From positions 83,638,001-83,702,000 of the forward strand of contig NC_086097.1 in assembly GCF_963921235.1 (NCBI RefSeq): DNA of 64,000 nt, in the 5' to 3' direction. The DNA is from Mobula hypostoma. Lineage: Eukaryota. Shown here piece after piece: positions 37,722 through 52,100 of the stretch. Below the pieces are notes generated by a model, which ran no database searches, was not told the origin of the DNA, and saw only the letters and a program-made list of their open reading frames with translations. A program made the translations under genes and the position numbers. The first letter of the stretch is position 1. Every line of letters begins with the position of its first letter.

Positions 37722-38355
37722 ATTAAAACAGAAAATACTGGAAATGCTCAGCAGGTCAGGCAACATTTGTGGAAACTGAAACAGTTAATATTTCAGGTCT
37801 CAGAGCCTTCCGCACTACTGAGGAGACAGAAAACAATTTGGTATTCAATAGCAGAAAAGGTGGGGGAGAGTTGGAGAGACGCATGGTCTGATAGGATGAG
37901 ACCAAATGCTTTGGAAGCATTCTACTTTTTTGTCTACATTATGTCTTGCCAATAGCAGAGTTTTGGGACATATCTTCCTCAGAAATTAGTATTTTGTTTC
38001 ATCCTCCATCTTAAATATTTCCTGCCAAAAACTCTTAGCATCCTATCGTAACTTCTGCGTTCTCTGCCTTTCCTTCATAAAGCATGAAAAACAAGCTGGT
38101 GGAAGATGGCCCAACTGCCCACCTCCCACTTCTTTGCTTTCTCCACACATTCCTCCTCAGGCTTTTGCCATTCCAATATCTTCCTCGAAGCCCTTGACTG
38201 GGGTGTACTTCACAATGGTGTAGTTCCCATGAAGATCCAAGTAAACAACAGCAGATGTTAGATATCTAAAATATTTTAAAAGCGCACAAAATACGGGAAA
38301 TACTCAGCAGGTTGTGTTGCATCTGTGGAAAGAGAAACGGTGAATATTTCAGCCT
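37722..38355. mobile_element. old Penelope-like fragments in mixed orientation
   Basis: Two minus-strand tails (ggaaatgctcagcaggtcaggcaacatttgtgga at ~37740; ggaaatactcagcagg..catctgtggaaagagaaac at ~38296) flank a plus-strand remnant resembling the ILRNF region. Confidence 0.55.
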
Positions 38356-38584
38356 TAAGTCACTGTGCTTGTGTGTGTCTGATCTCCATATGGATTCCAT
38401 TTAATGAATATGCTAAGCACCAGTTAGAATGATTGCACCAAGACTGGTAGTTTGTTGTAGCAGTGAGAAGTCCTCGCTGGCTCCCTCCATTCAGATGAAT
38501 CTTCCAGCTAAAAATTGGAGAATACAAATGCTTATTTAAGACTGTAAAATGTCTACCTTGTAGAGAGAATTTTCTGGTAGATAA

Positions 38585-38997
38585 TATGCAGAAAGGCAGC
38601 ATCCATTATTAAGGACCTCCAGCACCCAGGGTATGCCCTTTTCTCACTGTTACCATCAGGTAGGCGATACAGAAGCCTGAAGGCACACACTCAGTGATTC
38701 AGGAACGGCTTCTTCCCCTCTGCCATCCGATTCCTAAATGGACATTGAATCTTTGGATACTACCTCACTTTTTTTTTAATACAGAGTATTTCTGTTTTTT
38801 CATATTTTAAAAATCTATTCAATATATGTATACTGTAATTGATTTACTTGTTTATTATTGTTATTATTTTTATTTTATTTATTAATTTTATTTTCTTTTT
38901 TTCTCTCTGCTAGATTATGTATTGCATTGAACTGCTGCTGCTAAGTTAGCAAATTTCACGACACATGCTGGTGATAATAAAGCTGATTCTGATTCTG
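38585..38997 (+). mobile_element. Rex1/Babar LINE 3' end
   Basis: KAASIIKDLQHPGYALFSLLPSGRRYRSL; tail gataataaagctgattctgattctg. Confidence 0.8.
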
Positions 38998-39169
38998 CTT
39001 TAAAGACAAAGTGTGAGAGATTGCTGAAAATTTCTCTTCATATTTTTAATGACCTTCTGCTATTTAGCTTTATCCACGCACTCTGAAGCTTATTTGTAGT
39101 TCATCTTGGCCTGGCCAAAGTTCCATGGCAACTGCACAATGTTTCAAAAATATGTCTCTCACTTAGATT

Positions 39170-39785
39170 TCCCTTTTGCTGACACCCTGTTACCCTTTGC
39201 TTAAGGTTGTCATAACTGGGGGAGGGGGCAGAGCTGTTGGGGATAAGCTCTCACTACCTTTAAAATGCTCCCAGTGGTGTGCAGCTCAAATAGACTCTGA
39301 CAACCTAGCCCAGCTTGTTGTCTCCAGCCGTGGTTTAGCTACCAAGTCCAGTGGAATAGTTTCTACTGAGAGGAGTAGGGGCAAAGGCAGCATACTGGCA
39401 CCTTAAAGCCAGTTGCTTCGAGGAGACGGGCCTAATCAGCTGTGATTGGCGGCGCATCTAGGTGAAGGAAAGCTCTGATCTCAAACCTCTGCTGCCTTGT
39501 GGCTGTATCCATTCACAGGGAAGTCTTCAGAAGTAAATCCTGAAGAAAAATCCGGAGCTGGAGCCCCTGGGGCTGTCCTCCGTTGAGTTCAACACTGACT
39601 GGCAACTCCTGCAATGCCGATGGTGCCAAACTGTATCGGTCTTTGCCGTTTCTTTGGATTCATCAGCAGTGTGGAGAGGGGGAGCCTGCTGTACGGATAA
39701 TAGCTTGCTCTCCATATCGTACTGTCCTAGATTGCGTTATTGACATGTAGACAGCTAGCATGCAAAATCCATGGTCGACCCTGAA
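39170..39785 (+). mobile_element. RTE-derived non-autonomous element (probable)
   Basis: RTE-like 5' UTR motifs (ctaggtgaaggaaagctctgatctcaaacc, gtaaatcctgaagaaaaatccggagc); no ORF. Confidence 0.4.
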
Positions 39786-40899
39786 CAATCTGTTAACAAT
39801 AGAATGGTCATGCAGTATACTTGCCTTCATTAGCTAGGTAACAGCATTACATTGAAAGGAGATGACGGTACAACTTGGTTAGACCACGGCCAGAGTACTG
39901 TGCGTTTCTGGCCACAGCATTTGAAGGTCATGATTGTACTGGAGGACAGGCAATGGGCAGAGGTTTAGGATAAGGAGAGGGAGATTTAGAGGGGATATGA
40001 AGATGAATTTCTTCACCCAGTGGGTGTAGCAATTTTGAACACACTTTCTGAGGTGAAGGTGGAAGCAGGTTCTCTGTCAATATTTCAGAAATATCTAGAT
40101 CAGAGTAATGAACCTTTTTGAGGGTTTGTATCCAAAGTGGCAATAATCTTCTTAAAAAAAATTCTCTTGCATGCCATGGTCATTTTGAGCAAAGATTATC
40201 ATTGATAAATGTATTAGTAACAATAATTATGGAGTTTAAGGAAAAGGGATAAGTCCTGTTGCTTACTTATGTGTACTGATTGCTTTATTATTAATAAAAG
40301 TTTAACAGAAACGGATTGAAATAAATGAAATATTTTAAAGAAATTGTTCAAAAAATCATAATTACCTTTTAAAATGACAATTGAAAAATAACACTATTTC
40401 TAAATATTATTTTTATTGTACCCCATATAATATAAGAAACATGAACATCAAATTATAAGCTTTGGTGCATATTCATAAAAGATCAAGGGACGGACAATAA
40501 ACACGCTTTACTCTCAGTCCATCTGTTGCTGCATGAACAATGACAAATATTTAATATCTGGCTTGTATATGGTTGTTTTAAAGGCTATGCATGTAGCACT
40601 AGGTTCATCAATAAGTCTTCTCCTATAATAAGACTTGACCAAGTTTATCACAGAATTTTCATGGAGATGCTAAACTACATACAGTATTAACCATTATTAT
40701 CATTGAATATCCAGTGTTCACTCAAAAACGACAGACGAGAAAGCATTTGCAGAGCGAAGCCAATGCCAACTGGCCCAACCGTTTACAATCCAAATACTGA
40801 TGTCAAAATGTATCATCCAAAGTCACATGTTCTTGCAACTGTCTTGCTGGCATCAAGCCAGTGTGAGATATTTCCTGTGACGGTCAAGCCACAGCTCCT

Positions 40900-41515
40900 T
40901 ATAGGTAAATGTAATATTTGACATTAGTGCTGATACAGAGTAAAACATGGGAAAGTTTAGTGATCCAGTCAAACTTGGAAGCCTATGATCGCAAATCATA
41001 CAGAAAAATAATCAAAATGGACAATAGTATGCTAACTTTTATAATTAGAAGGAAAATACATAAGAAATATTCATAGCCCTAATTCAACCATACCTGTGTT
41101 TGATTCTGTACTTCAATGTACTGGCATTGAAGAGAGTGCAAACGGGTAATGAATTTTTAGGTTAAGTAACTTATGGAGATTGCATGAACAAGGTTTGTAT
41201 GCCCTGTAATTCAGAAGGCTACGGGATGATTAAATTGAAATCTGCCAAGTGAACTGATAGGGTAAATATGTAGAAACACTGTCTGAGAATCTAGTATCCG
41301 GGAGTTGTGTCTAAATATCAGAGCCAAGCCTCTCAGCTGTAATTTAGAAACATTTACAAACACAGGTGGCCACAATTTGGAAATGGCAGTTGGTTAAACT
41401 AGAGTTTTTTTTATAACCAAAGGTATTAAGGATTATGAGGAAATGGTGCGTGGAGTCGGCCATGGTCTCATTAAGTTGCAGAACAGGACTGTGAAGCTGA
41501 ATGGCTTCCTGCACA
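40900..41515 (+). mobile_element. old CR1 LINE 3' fragment
   Basis: ggcattgaagagagtgca, ttcagaaggctacgggatgattaaattgaa, and the 3' end gctgaatggcttcctg. Confidence 0.55.
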
Positions 41516-42597
41516 TGTGTTCCCAAGTAATTCCATCTTTGTCACTTCTACTCGGTTATGTTTCCTGAAATATTGTCAAGATGTGTCCTGTTGTCAGGGA
41601 GAACTATTCAAATGAGATGTCTCCTGCAGTGGGTGGAATTTATTTATTAGTTAACTGTTGAGGTGTGGAAGTGGAGCTCGCTTCATTTCAGCTGGGCTGA
41701 TTCTGAACAGAGGGGCTGGGCATTGGTCTCTGTTAACTTGAGACAAATAAAAGTGTTAATGAAACCATGTTGAGGGCATGACCAATGAACACCCTAACCC
41801 CCCCCCCCCCGGCTTCAAGAGAGTTGCTTTGAAAATATAAAGAGAATATATTTGCATATTTAAGAAAAACACTTAAAGAGCGGACAGGTTAATATTTGAC
41901 ATGTTCTGAATTCTAATGAAGATTTAATTGTGGAAGCATTGTAGTTTCTGAAACTCTTGTATATTAAGCTTTGTTTTTTTGGGTTCTGTATTTGCAGGGG
42001 TTTATTGACTCCAGCATTATATATGTTAGAGCATTATCACCTCTGATATAATAATTACTGCATTATCCGAAGAGCCACCTTTTATAACCAGCTGCCTTGC
42101 TGTACTCTCCTTCATTTTGCCATTATAACATCTTGTTCTCAAAGACTGGCTATACTGTCTTCTGGTATTTCATGAAGGGTTTGTGCTAAGATGAAGCTTG
42201 TTTGCGCTAATAACACTGACATCAGATTAACAATGCCGACTTGGTGTCCATCGGCATTTGGTAAGCATGAAAGTGAGACATGCTGCTTGAACGATTTTCA
42301 TTATAGAAACTATATTTTTAAAAAAAATGGCTCACCTGGATGGTTAAAGTCAATCTTTGTGGTAGGCCAAACATATTGGATGTTTTTCTTTTGAAATAAG
42401 GATCATGCTTTTGGTGCCTATTGTGAGACATTTTTATGCCCCATCTGTTCACGTACTGCTCATGAAGGGCCTATTCTGCATTGTATCTCAATAAATAAAT
42501 GATATGTAATCAAACTGTAGGGTTAAGTGTGAATGACTTTGCAGCATTCTCCTGCAGATGTCCTGAAGTGGTGTTGGTTGTCTTTCCGTATAAGTCT

Positions 42598-43000
42598 ATT
42601 TACTTACTTGCGGCCCATTATACCGCTGGCATTTAGGGCAGCAATGAAGGTCCCTTCATCTCTGGTGCTGTTCAGAGCTTCCTTCATCATGTCAGTAGCT
42701 TCCTCTTGGATTTCACTACTGTCAGTCATGCAAGTCCCAGGTGGAGACTCAGGAATACCGTCACACACAGATGTAGAAGGATTCTTCATTGCTGTTTCCA
42801 TAACAATTTTGTTTTCCCAGTCAGGGTTGTTAGCCTGAACCTGGAAGACCGGCGGATCACTCTTACTCTGATCTCTACCCTTCGGACTATTTGGGTTGAC
42901 TCTAACCAGAGCCAAAGCATGAAGCTCTGACTCCAGCCAGCATAGCTGTCCAGATCATTAAGGCACGCAAGCCTCCAAACCATGACAGGGTTGTAATCCA
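42598..43000 (-). mobile_element. short RTE-type non-autonomous element (5' UTR joined to 3' end)
   Basis: (taag)n tail at 42598-42609; minus strand accctgtcatggtttggaggcttgcgtgccttaatgatctggacagctatgc is RTE/BovB-like and similar to 6545-6600. Confidence 0.5.
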
Positions 43001-44689
43001 CTTGGAGGAAATAACTTTATTTGGTTGAAGATAAATTGATAGATGTGTTTTGCATGTGCTCACAATTTTAAGTTTAAGAAATGTTGAATCCCACACCTTT
43101 CCCAAACTCATTCATTATATTGTATATCCAGTTGTCATTAATAACTTACTACGTGTTGGATCAAGGGACATAGAAAAGCTGCTAAGTTACAAGGAGGTAA
43201 CACAAAATGTGAAAGATTAGACGAGTAGTGAGCTAGCGAAAGTACACCCCAAAGCAGAGTCATCTGAGCTCCAGTGGAGGCATTTAACATTATCTCTGAC
43301 AATTATGCTACTTGTTTCTTGACAGCTCTGCAAAAATAATGTATGGAAGAAGAGTGGTTGGCTTACTGCACAACCATGATGAAGTTGCTGTGCAACACAA
43401 AAATTGTGTTGGGTTGGTTAATAGAAATCAGAATGCATAATAAAGGTTTTTACACTGTCTGCCATAGACAGTCGCTTGAGTTTGAGAATGACTGGCTTCT
43501 GGTAGTCTGAAATGAGGCTGTTTGAGGAACATGCTGATTCTCCCAAGGACGAGGAGGGAGATATTTGATGGGATGGGCAGGTGGTTGGTTTGGGATGCAA
43601 TACATTCCTTCTACAATTTATGCAACAAAAGTTCTGATGTCTCAATGCTATACCTTGTGTTCCTTGTTGTTTCCCATGGTCACTTATAATCAATGACTTG
43701 GCAAGGATGTTATAGTTCTAAGGAAGCTTTGAAACCATGCTTGAATCCTGTCCACCTGGTTATCTCTTGTGATGGCAGAGCTGAAAATAGAGTGTCTGTT
43801 TCAGATCATTGGAATTGGGCAGGCTCACACTGTGCTCAGAGGGCAATACCATCAGGGGATGATTGACAGAGGATCTTTGTTCTGTGGATGTATACTGGAG
43901 TATGCTTCATTGAACATGTCAGTCAAGCCTTGGTGCTGACTCTCTCTGTCATTTGAGCTGCGGTCCACAAACATCTTCTGCATACTGTGGCTGGAGGACT
44001 GAGGTTGGAATGGCCTTGCTTCTGGTTGCCCATCTACCCTGCGGGTTAGCTGCGGGAGGCTTGTTGAAAGTGAGATCCACCCATCTGGGCAACTTGACAA
44101 TCTTTGACCATGATTGTATCCACAGCATCTGGACTATCCTGGAACTACCTGGGAAGTGACTCTAGAAAGCACCTGGTTTGATGAAAAGACAATTCAGGAG
44201 ATAATTAACCACAAACACAATGTACTTTTGGATTAGAAGCTTCACCACATCTCAAGGCAAAAGCAACAACTCTACAGGCCCCTGAAAGCTGTGGTTTGTG
44301 ACTGAAGGACAGGTAGTAGTAGAAACAGTGCAGGGTAATCACGACGTGTGGATTCTTCTTCAGTGGAGTCAAGACCATCCCAACCCAGAAAGCAGAAAAG
44401 ATGATAAGGACAGAGAGGCCATCAGTGGCAACAGAAAGGAGCATTTTGAGGAATTCTTTAACCATGACTGTCCTTGACACAAGTAGCCTTAACCATCCCA
44501 CAGTGGTTAATGTTTCTGCAATCCCACAGCAACTTATAGTTCATATTTCTCAGAACACTGAAGAAGGCCCTTTAATCAATTGTCACTGCCAGTTCTCTCA
44601 CATGGAACAATCCCAGTCTCCCACATATTACTTGTAGTGTGTTCTCTTTCACGTGTCCATCCATTGCAGTTCTCCAACTATCCACCTAG

Positions 44690-45130
44690 TCTTAATTAAT
44701 CAACTAACCAGCACACCTTTGATATGTGGGAGGAAACTAGTGCATCTGGGGTACCTCTGCAGTTAAGGGCATAACCTGCAAATTCCACACAGGCAGCACC
44801 AGTGGGGGGTGGGGGGAGGGCGCAGGATTGAACTATAGTCCCCGGGCCTATAGGGTAGCAATGGTTAATTGCTGTGTCATCATGACACTTTATTGGGCCA
44901 ATATTTTCTTTAATTGGAGATACAGCACAGTACCAGGCCTTTCCGGCCCACAACCCCGTGCTGCCCAATCACACCCATGTCACCAATTGAGCTGTTAACC
45001 TGTCCGTATTCAGAATGTGGGAGGAAACCGGAGCACTTGGAGAAAACCCACCTGCAAGCTCCTTTCAGATGGTGGTGGAATTGAACCCAGGTCATGCATC
45101 ACGCTAATCGCTACACCACTGTGCCACCCC
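44690..45130 (-). mobile_element. two adjacent V-SINE/HE1-like SINEs
   Basis: tgtgggaggaaaccggagcacttggagaaaacccac and tgtgggaggaaactagtgcatctgg (revcomp V-domain); tRNA B-box-like ggaattgaacccagg. Confidence 0.75.
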
Positions 45131-46879
45131 AAAAATTGGCCAAAGCTCCTTACAAACAGCGATGGGAATCGATCCCATATAGAAGATTGCTAGCACTGTA
45201 AAGTAATTGCTCTAACCACACCCCCTGTTCAAATCAGCATATCTTGAGATTGTGTCTTTCATTTTATGGAAATAATTTGAGCTCTGGTAAAAATATTTTT
45301 CTTTTGATTGTTTTCTTTATGTTGCTGGCCAGGGTGAAGGAACGAACTACCTCAGGTTATCAGGCTTCAGGGCTGCAAGGCTGTTGCAGCTTTTCAGGTT
45401 CAGAGGTTTGAATATGAATTATCTGCAGTATATTCACCTGTTTTTTTAAAAAAATCTAGTATGCTTTATTCAAATTCACCATGAGTTTAATTTATTAAAC
45501 AGGCGGCATTGTCGTCACAAGAGTGTGGAGCGAAGAGCAAGGGTTGGAAGTTAGGAACGTAGGCCCCCTTTTCTGGCAGCCTAGTGTTGAGGAATGTGGC
45601 ACTCAGCTACAAAGCTGATTTTGTATGGGACTTTGGCTTCCCCTACTTCAACAACTCTCAGAGCAATATTGTTGGAATGAAGTTGCCAAATGGCCTTCTC
45701 CTGTCCAAGATTTTGACGTCTTTTCCAAACCACAGTCTGAAGTGCTCATTGAACATACATTATGTCGGGCTACCGACTCCCTCTGTAAGAAATCTTCCTG
45801 TCTCTACCTCACGAAACACTTTCACCTCAGTGAAGTTACTCTGCATTTAACACAGCAGTCCTAAAACTTGTAGAACAGTATCCAATGTGCTTCTCTGTTA
45901 ATTGTGCTCAGTAATTTTCCCACTGTTAAAATCCCATCTCCACTTGGATGAATTATCCAATTCTCGGATATTATTCTGGATAAAAATGTCCTGCACTGTT
46001 GAAATCATTCTGCTTTGAATGTCTAATCTTCTGCACTGGTTAGAGTTTTTATTGATTACAATTTAGAACAGGCCGGCATTGCTTGACTAGTTGTTGCTAT
46101 GACTTCAACAGTAAATATCCTCATAAAATTGACTTTAAAAGATTGTTTCATATGCTGCTGCTTTCAAAACATATAAAGCAATTGGCAGACTATGTAATGG
46201 AAACAGCCTTGTCTTACGTGGGCAGTCTGATAATTGCTCATGGATATGGTAACTTGTGATCTCTATTAAATCCTCCCTAATGAGTACTGTTTCCCTACGA
46301 TATTGCATCCAATAAGCAACCAATTTAAATTCCAGTTTGAAGAAAGCTTCTGATTTAACACACTGGAAGCATTTTGGATTGAGGTATGAACTGCCTTGCT
46401 GCACACAAATTTAAATTTACATTTGGTGCTCTCTTGTATGAAATGTGCATGGCAATGGCATACAAACCTTGCTTTTCACCGTTTTCCTTTATAAATTCAA
46501 ATGTCTAAATTTATAATGGCGACACCATTACCTGGTCAGTTTGTAATAACATTCTCAATGCAATTAATCCTATAGTCAGACATGGAATCATGATGCTTTT
46601 AGCCTGCATAGGTAAAACAGATAGAGGAATTTGTAATCAAAAGTTGCCCAGTTTTGCTGTCAGAATTAAATATGCAAATCCTATCCTGGCTTTATTTCCA
46701 TATTTCCTTATAATATAAAAGGCCAATATCTGACCTTTGTCTTTTCACGTCCACATGGAAGACTGTTGCTAACATATTTACTTGCAACTGCCTCTCTCAA
46801 TTATTTCCTGCAGTAAATCTCCATGTAATGATATGTTGGATACAGTAGATATCATTTCAAAAGCTTTAAAATATAATAC

Positions 46880-47570
46880 ACAATGTGATTAGTAACAGAC
46901 TTGAAGGGCTCAAGAACATGTGAAGTATGCAGGCACATGGAAGGTAAAATTTACTAAAGTATGTGTAATGAAAGGCTCAATGGGGAGGGGCAATATAAGT
47001 CACTAATATTTTAATGGGGTGTAGAGGCAGAGCAGGCTGAGGTTTGTGTGCAAAGATCCATTGATGAAAGCTTGATCAAGCTGCTTCTGATTTTTTTTAA
47101 AACAAGGGGCATGTAGCATCATTTTGGGTACAGAATACAAAAGCAGGGTTGATATGGCAAACCATTGTGAAACAGGGTGAGACCTCAACTGGAATATTGC
47201 ATGGAGTACTGGGAGTCACATGGAGGAGGGAGCAGAGGAGTTTTCCGAGAATGGTACTCTGGTTGAGAGTCTTTGGTTCTATGGGATCTGAGGAAGTTTA
47301 TGCTGAGAACATTTAGCGTCAATTAAACAAGAATTAAGAAGCACTTTGAAAGAGTTAATGGAGAGAAACACTTCCATTTGTAAAGTTGAGGTCACCATTT
47401 TTGACAGTTGTGACAGTAAGAGATGATTAGAATTTCTTCTATACACAAAGTTCTGCAATTTGGAAAGGATTAAAGGAAAAGTTGGTGGAAGGAAAATCAA
47501 ATTGCAAGATAGTATTTGATACATAATTTATAAAGGAGTAAATTGTGGGATCAAGGGGTAAGAGCAGCAG
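46880..47570 (+). mobile_element. very old CR1 fragment
   Basis: gaatacaaaagcagg..ggtgagacctcaactggaatattg (VRPQLEY). Confidence 0.5.
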
Positions 47571-48589
47571 TGAACTGCTTCAATGATATGGTTGTGGTAG
47601 TGTGATTCTGTGACACTATTTACAATGGGGACTGTTGTACGAGTTTATTGCATTATAATTGCACCCTCCCACCACAAAGGGTGCTGTACTGCTGGGATAG
47701 TTTTATTCTCATCCTCTGCCTGTGTTTATGGAGAAACTTGTACTCCACTTTAGTACTTCTGCTTCCTAAATTGCAATGCTAACAAATAATATAGAATCCA
47801 AGTGTTGCAGAATGTGTTAAGTTCTGTATGGTCATTGTGGTTTGGTTATCTGCTGGTTACTAATCTCACTTCACTTCACAGTTACTGTTACTTTTAATCT
47901 ACATATGCAGTGCATGATAGATGATCATTTTAAAACCACATTTTCCAATTTAACTGTTTTTGCTCGGAATGAGCACTAATGGTTTTTTGGTACGTTGAAC
48001 CAAGACGAGTATAATGAGTTTTTGGGGCTGACAGCCAGTGGATTTATAAGGAATAGTGAACACAGCTCTATGACAGCTTTGTTCTGCCTGAATTTTATTA
48101 GCATAATGAATTATGCCCTGTTCTGTGTCACATTTTTAAAAAAAATCTTGTACAGTTCCAATAGTAAGGGATATGGGTGTGGAGTATTTGCAAAAGGAAG
48201 CATTTGCTAATGCCCTCTGTTGAATGGAAAGAACGTTCCATTGTCTTCCTTAAGACCAGAGTTTGATAAAATCCCTTCCTCAGAAGCCGTGTTCATCTTC
48301 TGTACATCTGACTCATTTTAGATACATTGCATATTGATAAAATGCGGCAATTAACCACTTGGAAAGGCTGTGAATGGTGAATAACAATACGTGATGAATC
48401 TAACAATTGGATGAAGGGCAGATTACTTGTTAAGCTCCAGCCTGGTTAATAAGCCTGAATAAACATAGATATAGTAGGAGTGTCTTGTCCCAGTATAAGC
48501 GGTGGGAAGCAGTTACTCCTATAGAACAAGATTGGCTCCAGTCTGTATTTGTGGTAAAAATTCTTGCTTTGCCATAGATAAATATGTTA

Positions 48590-48880
48590 TGGAAATTAGG
48601 CCCTTTAACCTTCTTGGACCCTTCCATACAAGCCACCGTAATTCCTTTCTATTTTCCTTGCATTTCATTCCACTAAATTCTACCACCCATCTACACATTA
48701 CAGGCAATTTACAGTGCTTAGTTAGCCCGTCGATCTGCACGACTTTAGCATGTGGGAGGAAACAGAGTTGACCAGAGAAGACCCACACAGTCACAGGGAG
48801 AACAGGCAAATTCCACACAGACATCAAAAACCTAGGGCACTGCAGCTGAGAGCCAGTGACTCTACTAATTATGCCACCCT
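48590..48880 (-). mobile_element. V-SINE-like SINE
   Basis: tgtgggaggaaacagagttgaccagagaagacccacacagtcacagggagaacaggcaaattccacacagac. Confidence 0.75.
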
Positions 48881-49139
48881 GAAGTGCCTCAGTGGCATTA
48901 CAGGCCATGGAGTTGAGATCATAGATGGAATGCCAATATTTTATCCTTTATATTATTGCAATGTGTGGTAGGAAACAGTTGCCCACATCTCACTGGGCAG
49001 GTTCAAAACCAAAACTTGTCTTTCAATTGCTTGTTGGCGTCATTAGGTGAACCCAAAAAAAAATCTTCTGACAGATTATCAGAACGCCAGCTCCACTGTG
49101 TGTTAAAGCTGTCCAGCTGTTGGAATAACACCCTCGTTT

Positions 49140-52100
49140 TATTATGTTTTGTAACTCCAGAAAATAATTGAAAGAAAAACATAGGAACTGGGATATTTAC
49201 CTACTTAATTTTTCTTTCCTTTGTTTTTAGTGAGGTGCTCACATATGATGTGGTGGCATAATGACGTATGCTATTTACATACTTTTGACATATAACCCAC
49301 AATGAATGAGGTAAACAAAGAATGCTTAATCAAACAATATATTTACAATATTACTGAAACATTAAGTATACACTTCTCCCTTAGCTATAAACTCCAACTC
49401 AAAATAGAATGCATCTCAACTCAAATATATGACTAATTGCTCTCTAGTTATATATAAAGCCTCTTTTGTGTTGAAGTGAAAATACATCTCTACAAAGTGA
49501 TCTAAATTAATTACAAATATAAAACACAAAATAATTGATTGCATAAGCGTTCGATCCCCCCCCCCCCCCTTTAATATGACACACCAAATCATCACTGCTG
49601 GAGCCAATTGGTTTTAGAAGTCACATAATTAGTTAAATGGAGATCTGTTTTTGGAGACCTGTGTGCAGTCAAGGTGTTTCAATTGATTGTAGTTAAAATT
49701 ACACCTGCATCTGGAAGGTCCAACTGCTGGTGAGTCAGTATCCGGGCAAAAACCACACCATGAAGACAGAAGAACACTTCAAGCAACTCTGTGAAAAAAT
49801 TATTGAAAAGCACAAGTCAGGAGATGGATATAATTAAATTTCCAAGTCACTGAATATCCCTTGGGAGTACAGTTAAGTCAATCATCAAGAAATGGAAAGA
49901 ATATGGCACATTAAATCTGCCCAGAGTAGGCTGTCCTCAAAAACTGAATGACTGTGCAAGAAGGGGACGAATGAGGGAGGCCACTAAGACACCTATGACA
50001 ACTCTGGAGGAGTTACAAGCTTCAGTGGCTGAGATGGGAGAGACTGTGCAGACAGCAACTGTTGCCCAGGTGCTTCACCAATTGCAGCTTTATGGGAGAG
50101 TGGCAAAGAGAAAACTCACATGAAATCTCAGTTAGAAATTGCTAGAAGGCATGTGGGAGACTCTGAGGTCAGCTGGAAAAAGGCTCTATGATCTGATGAA
50201 ACCAAAATTGAGCTTTTTGGCCATCAGACTTAAGCTAAAGCTAATACCGTACAATCAAAAACACACCATCCCTACCATGAAGTGTGGTGGTGGCTGCATT
50301 GTGCTGTGGGGATGCTTCACTACAGCAGGCCCTGGAAAACTTGAGAAGGTAGATGGTAAAATGAATGCAACAAAATACAGGGAAATCCTGGAGGAAAACC
50401 TAATGCAGTCTGCGAGAGAACTGCAACTTGGGAGAAGATTTGTTTTCTAGCAAGACAATGACTCCAAGCATAAAGCCAAACCTACACAGGAATGGCTTAA
50501 AAGTAACAAAGTTAATGTCCTGGAGTGGTCAAGTCAGAGTCCAGACCTCAATCCAATTGAGAATTTGTGGCCAGACTTGAAAAGGGCTGTTCACTTACGA
50601 TCCTCATGTAATCTGACAGAGTCTGAGCAGTTTTGTAAAGAGTGGGGAAAGATTGCATTATCTGGATATCCACACAGACTCAAGGCTGTAATTGCTGCCA
50701 AAAGCGCTTCTATTAAATACTGACCTGAAGGGGGTGAGTAATTATGCAATCAATTATTTATTTTGTGTTGAAAATTGTGATGAATTTAGACCAATTTGTA
50801 GAAATTTGTTTTCACTTTGACACGAAGAAGTCTTTTCTGTCAAAAGAGTTAAATTAAATCCACTGAGATTCAATGTTATCAAACAATAAAACATGAAAAC
50901 TTCCGGGGGGGGGCGGTGATACTTTTTATAGGCACTGTATATATACATTAAGTATACAACTACAATATAGACATCCACAGCATTATAAATTTTTATTTGT
51001 CCCATTCAGGCCTAATGATTTAATCGCTTGTGGAGAATTTCTTACTCTTGTGGGGGTTAATCTGCTTGGCAGGTGAGACTTGTGGCTGTGAAACAATGTC
51101 AGGTTCTGGGGCCTCCTCTGTGGTGACTGTAGGAGTTGATTCTGACTGCAGGAAGTGTTTCTAACAGCTCTGGACACCTTTCTTCTCTAACAATTGACTC
51201 TGCTGTCTTCAACTAATCAATGTGTCATCTCCAGATGACGTGAGACGCAATCTCTACTGTGTAGGAGAGTGGTCTAGTTCTATCCTTAATCGTTGCAAGT
51301 ACCGACTTTTGATCATCTCTGTATTCCCTCACCAGGACTGCTTGTCGAGGAGTAAAACATTGAACCTGCTTGTTTGAGGGGCCCTCAATTTGTCTCAGTT
51401 GTTTGTCTTGCATACTGTTTCTGAAATTGGGTTTGAAGAGATCCAAGTGTGAGCTCAAAGGGATGACTCGGGAGCAGCATAGGTGGTGAGCTGTTGGTTG
51501 CGGAGTGTGTTGCATTGCGAAATGTAAGGAGGAAATTGGCAAGCTTCTAATTCAGTGTCAGTGCAGTGTGTTCTGCTGACATTGCTCACAGTGCGTACTT
51601 TAGACGCAGGAAAACTTTACCACCAAGCCATTTGTAGCTGGGTGGTACAGTACAGATGTAATATGTCTTATTCCATTCATTTACAGGAATGACTAAAACT
51701 GTTCTACAACAAGCTGTGGTCCATTGTTACTGACTGAGTGTTTTGGAACACCAGTCCTTAAGAAGAGGCTTCTCAACACATCAGCAGTGTGCAAGGCTGT
51801 AGTGGGGGCTGTTGGGAACACTTCTGGCCACTTTGTAGCTACATCCACTACTAACAAGAATTTTTTGCCCATGAATGGTCTAGCAAAATCCACCTGAATC
51901 CTCTGCCAGGGCAATGCAGGCCGTTCCCAGGGATGGAGAAGTGCTGCTCTAGGAATCTTCTGGATGTGTTGGCATCCCAAACAGGTTCTCAGTCTGCTGA
52001 AGTTTCCCCAGGCCACCAGTCAAAGCTTCAAGCCAATCTTTCATTTTAACCACACCTCGGTGACCGGCACGTAGCTCGTCTAACTTTTTAGTTCTCAGCT

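Noticed and set aside
40400-40920. Possible DNA-transposon coding remnant in an AT-rich stretch
   Set aside because: No recognisable motif or TIRs, so I cannot support it.
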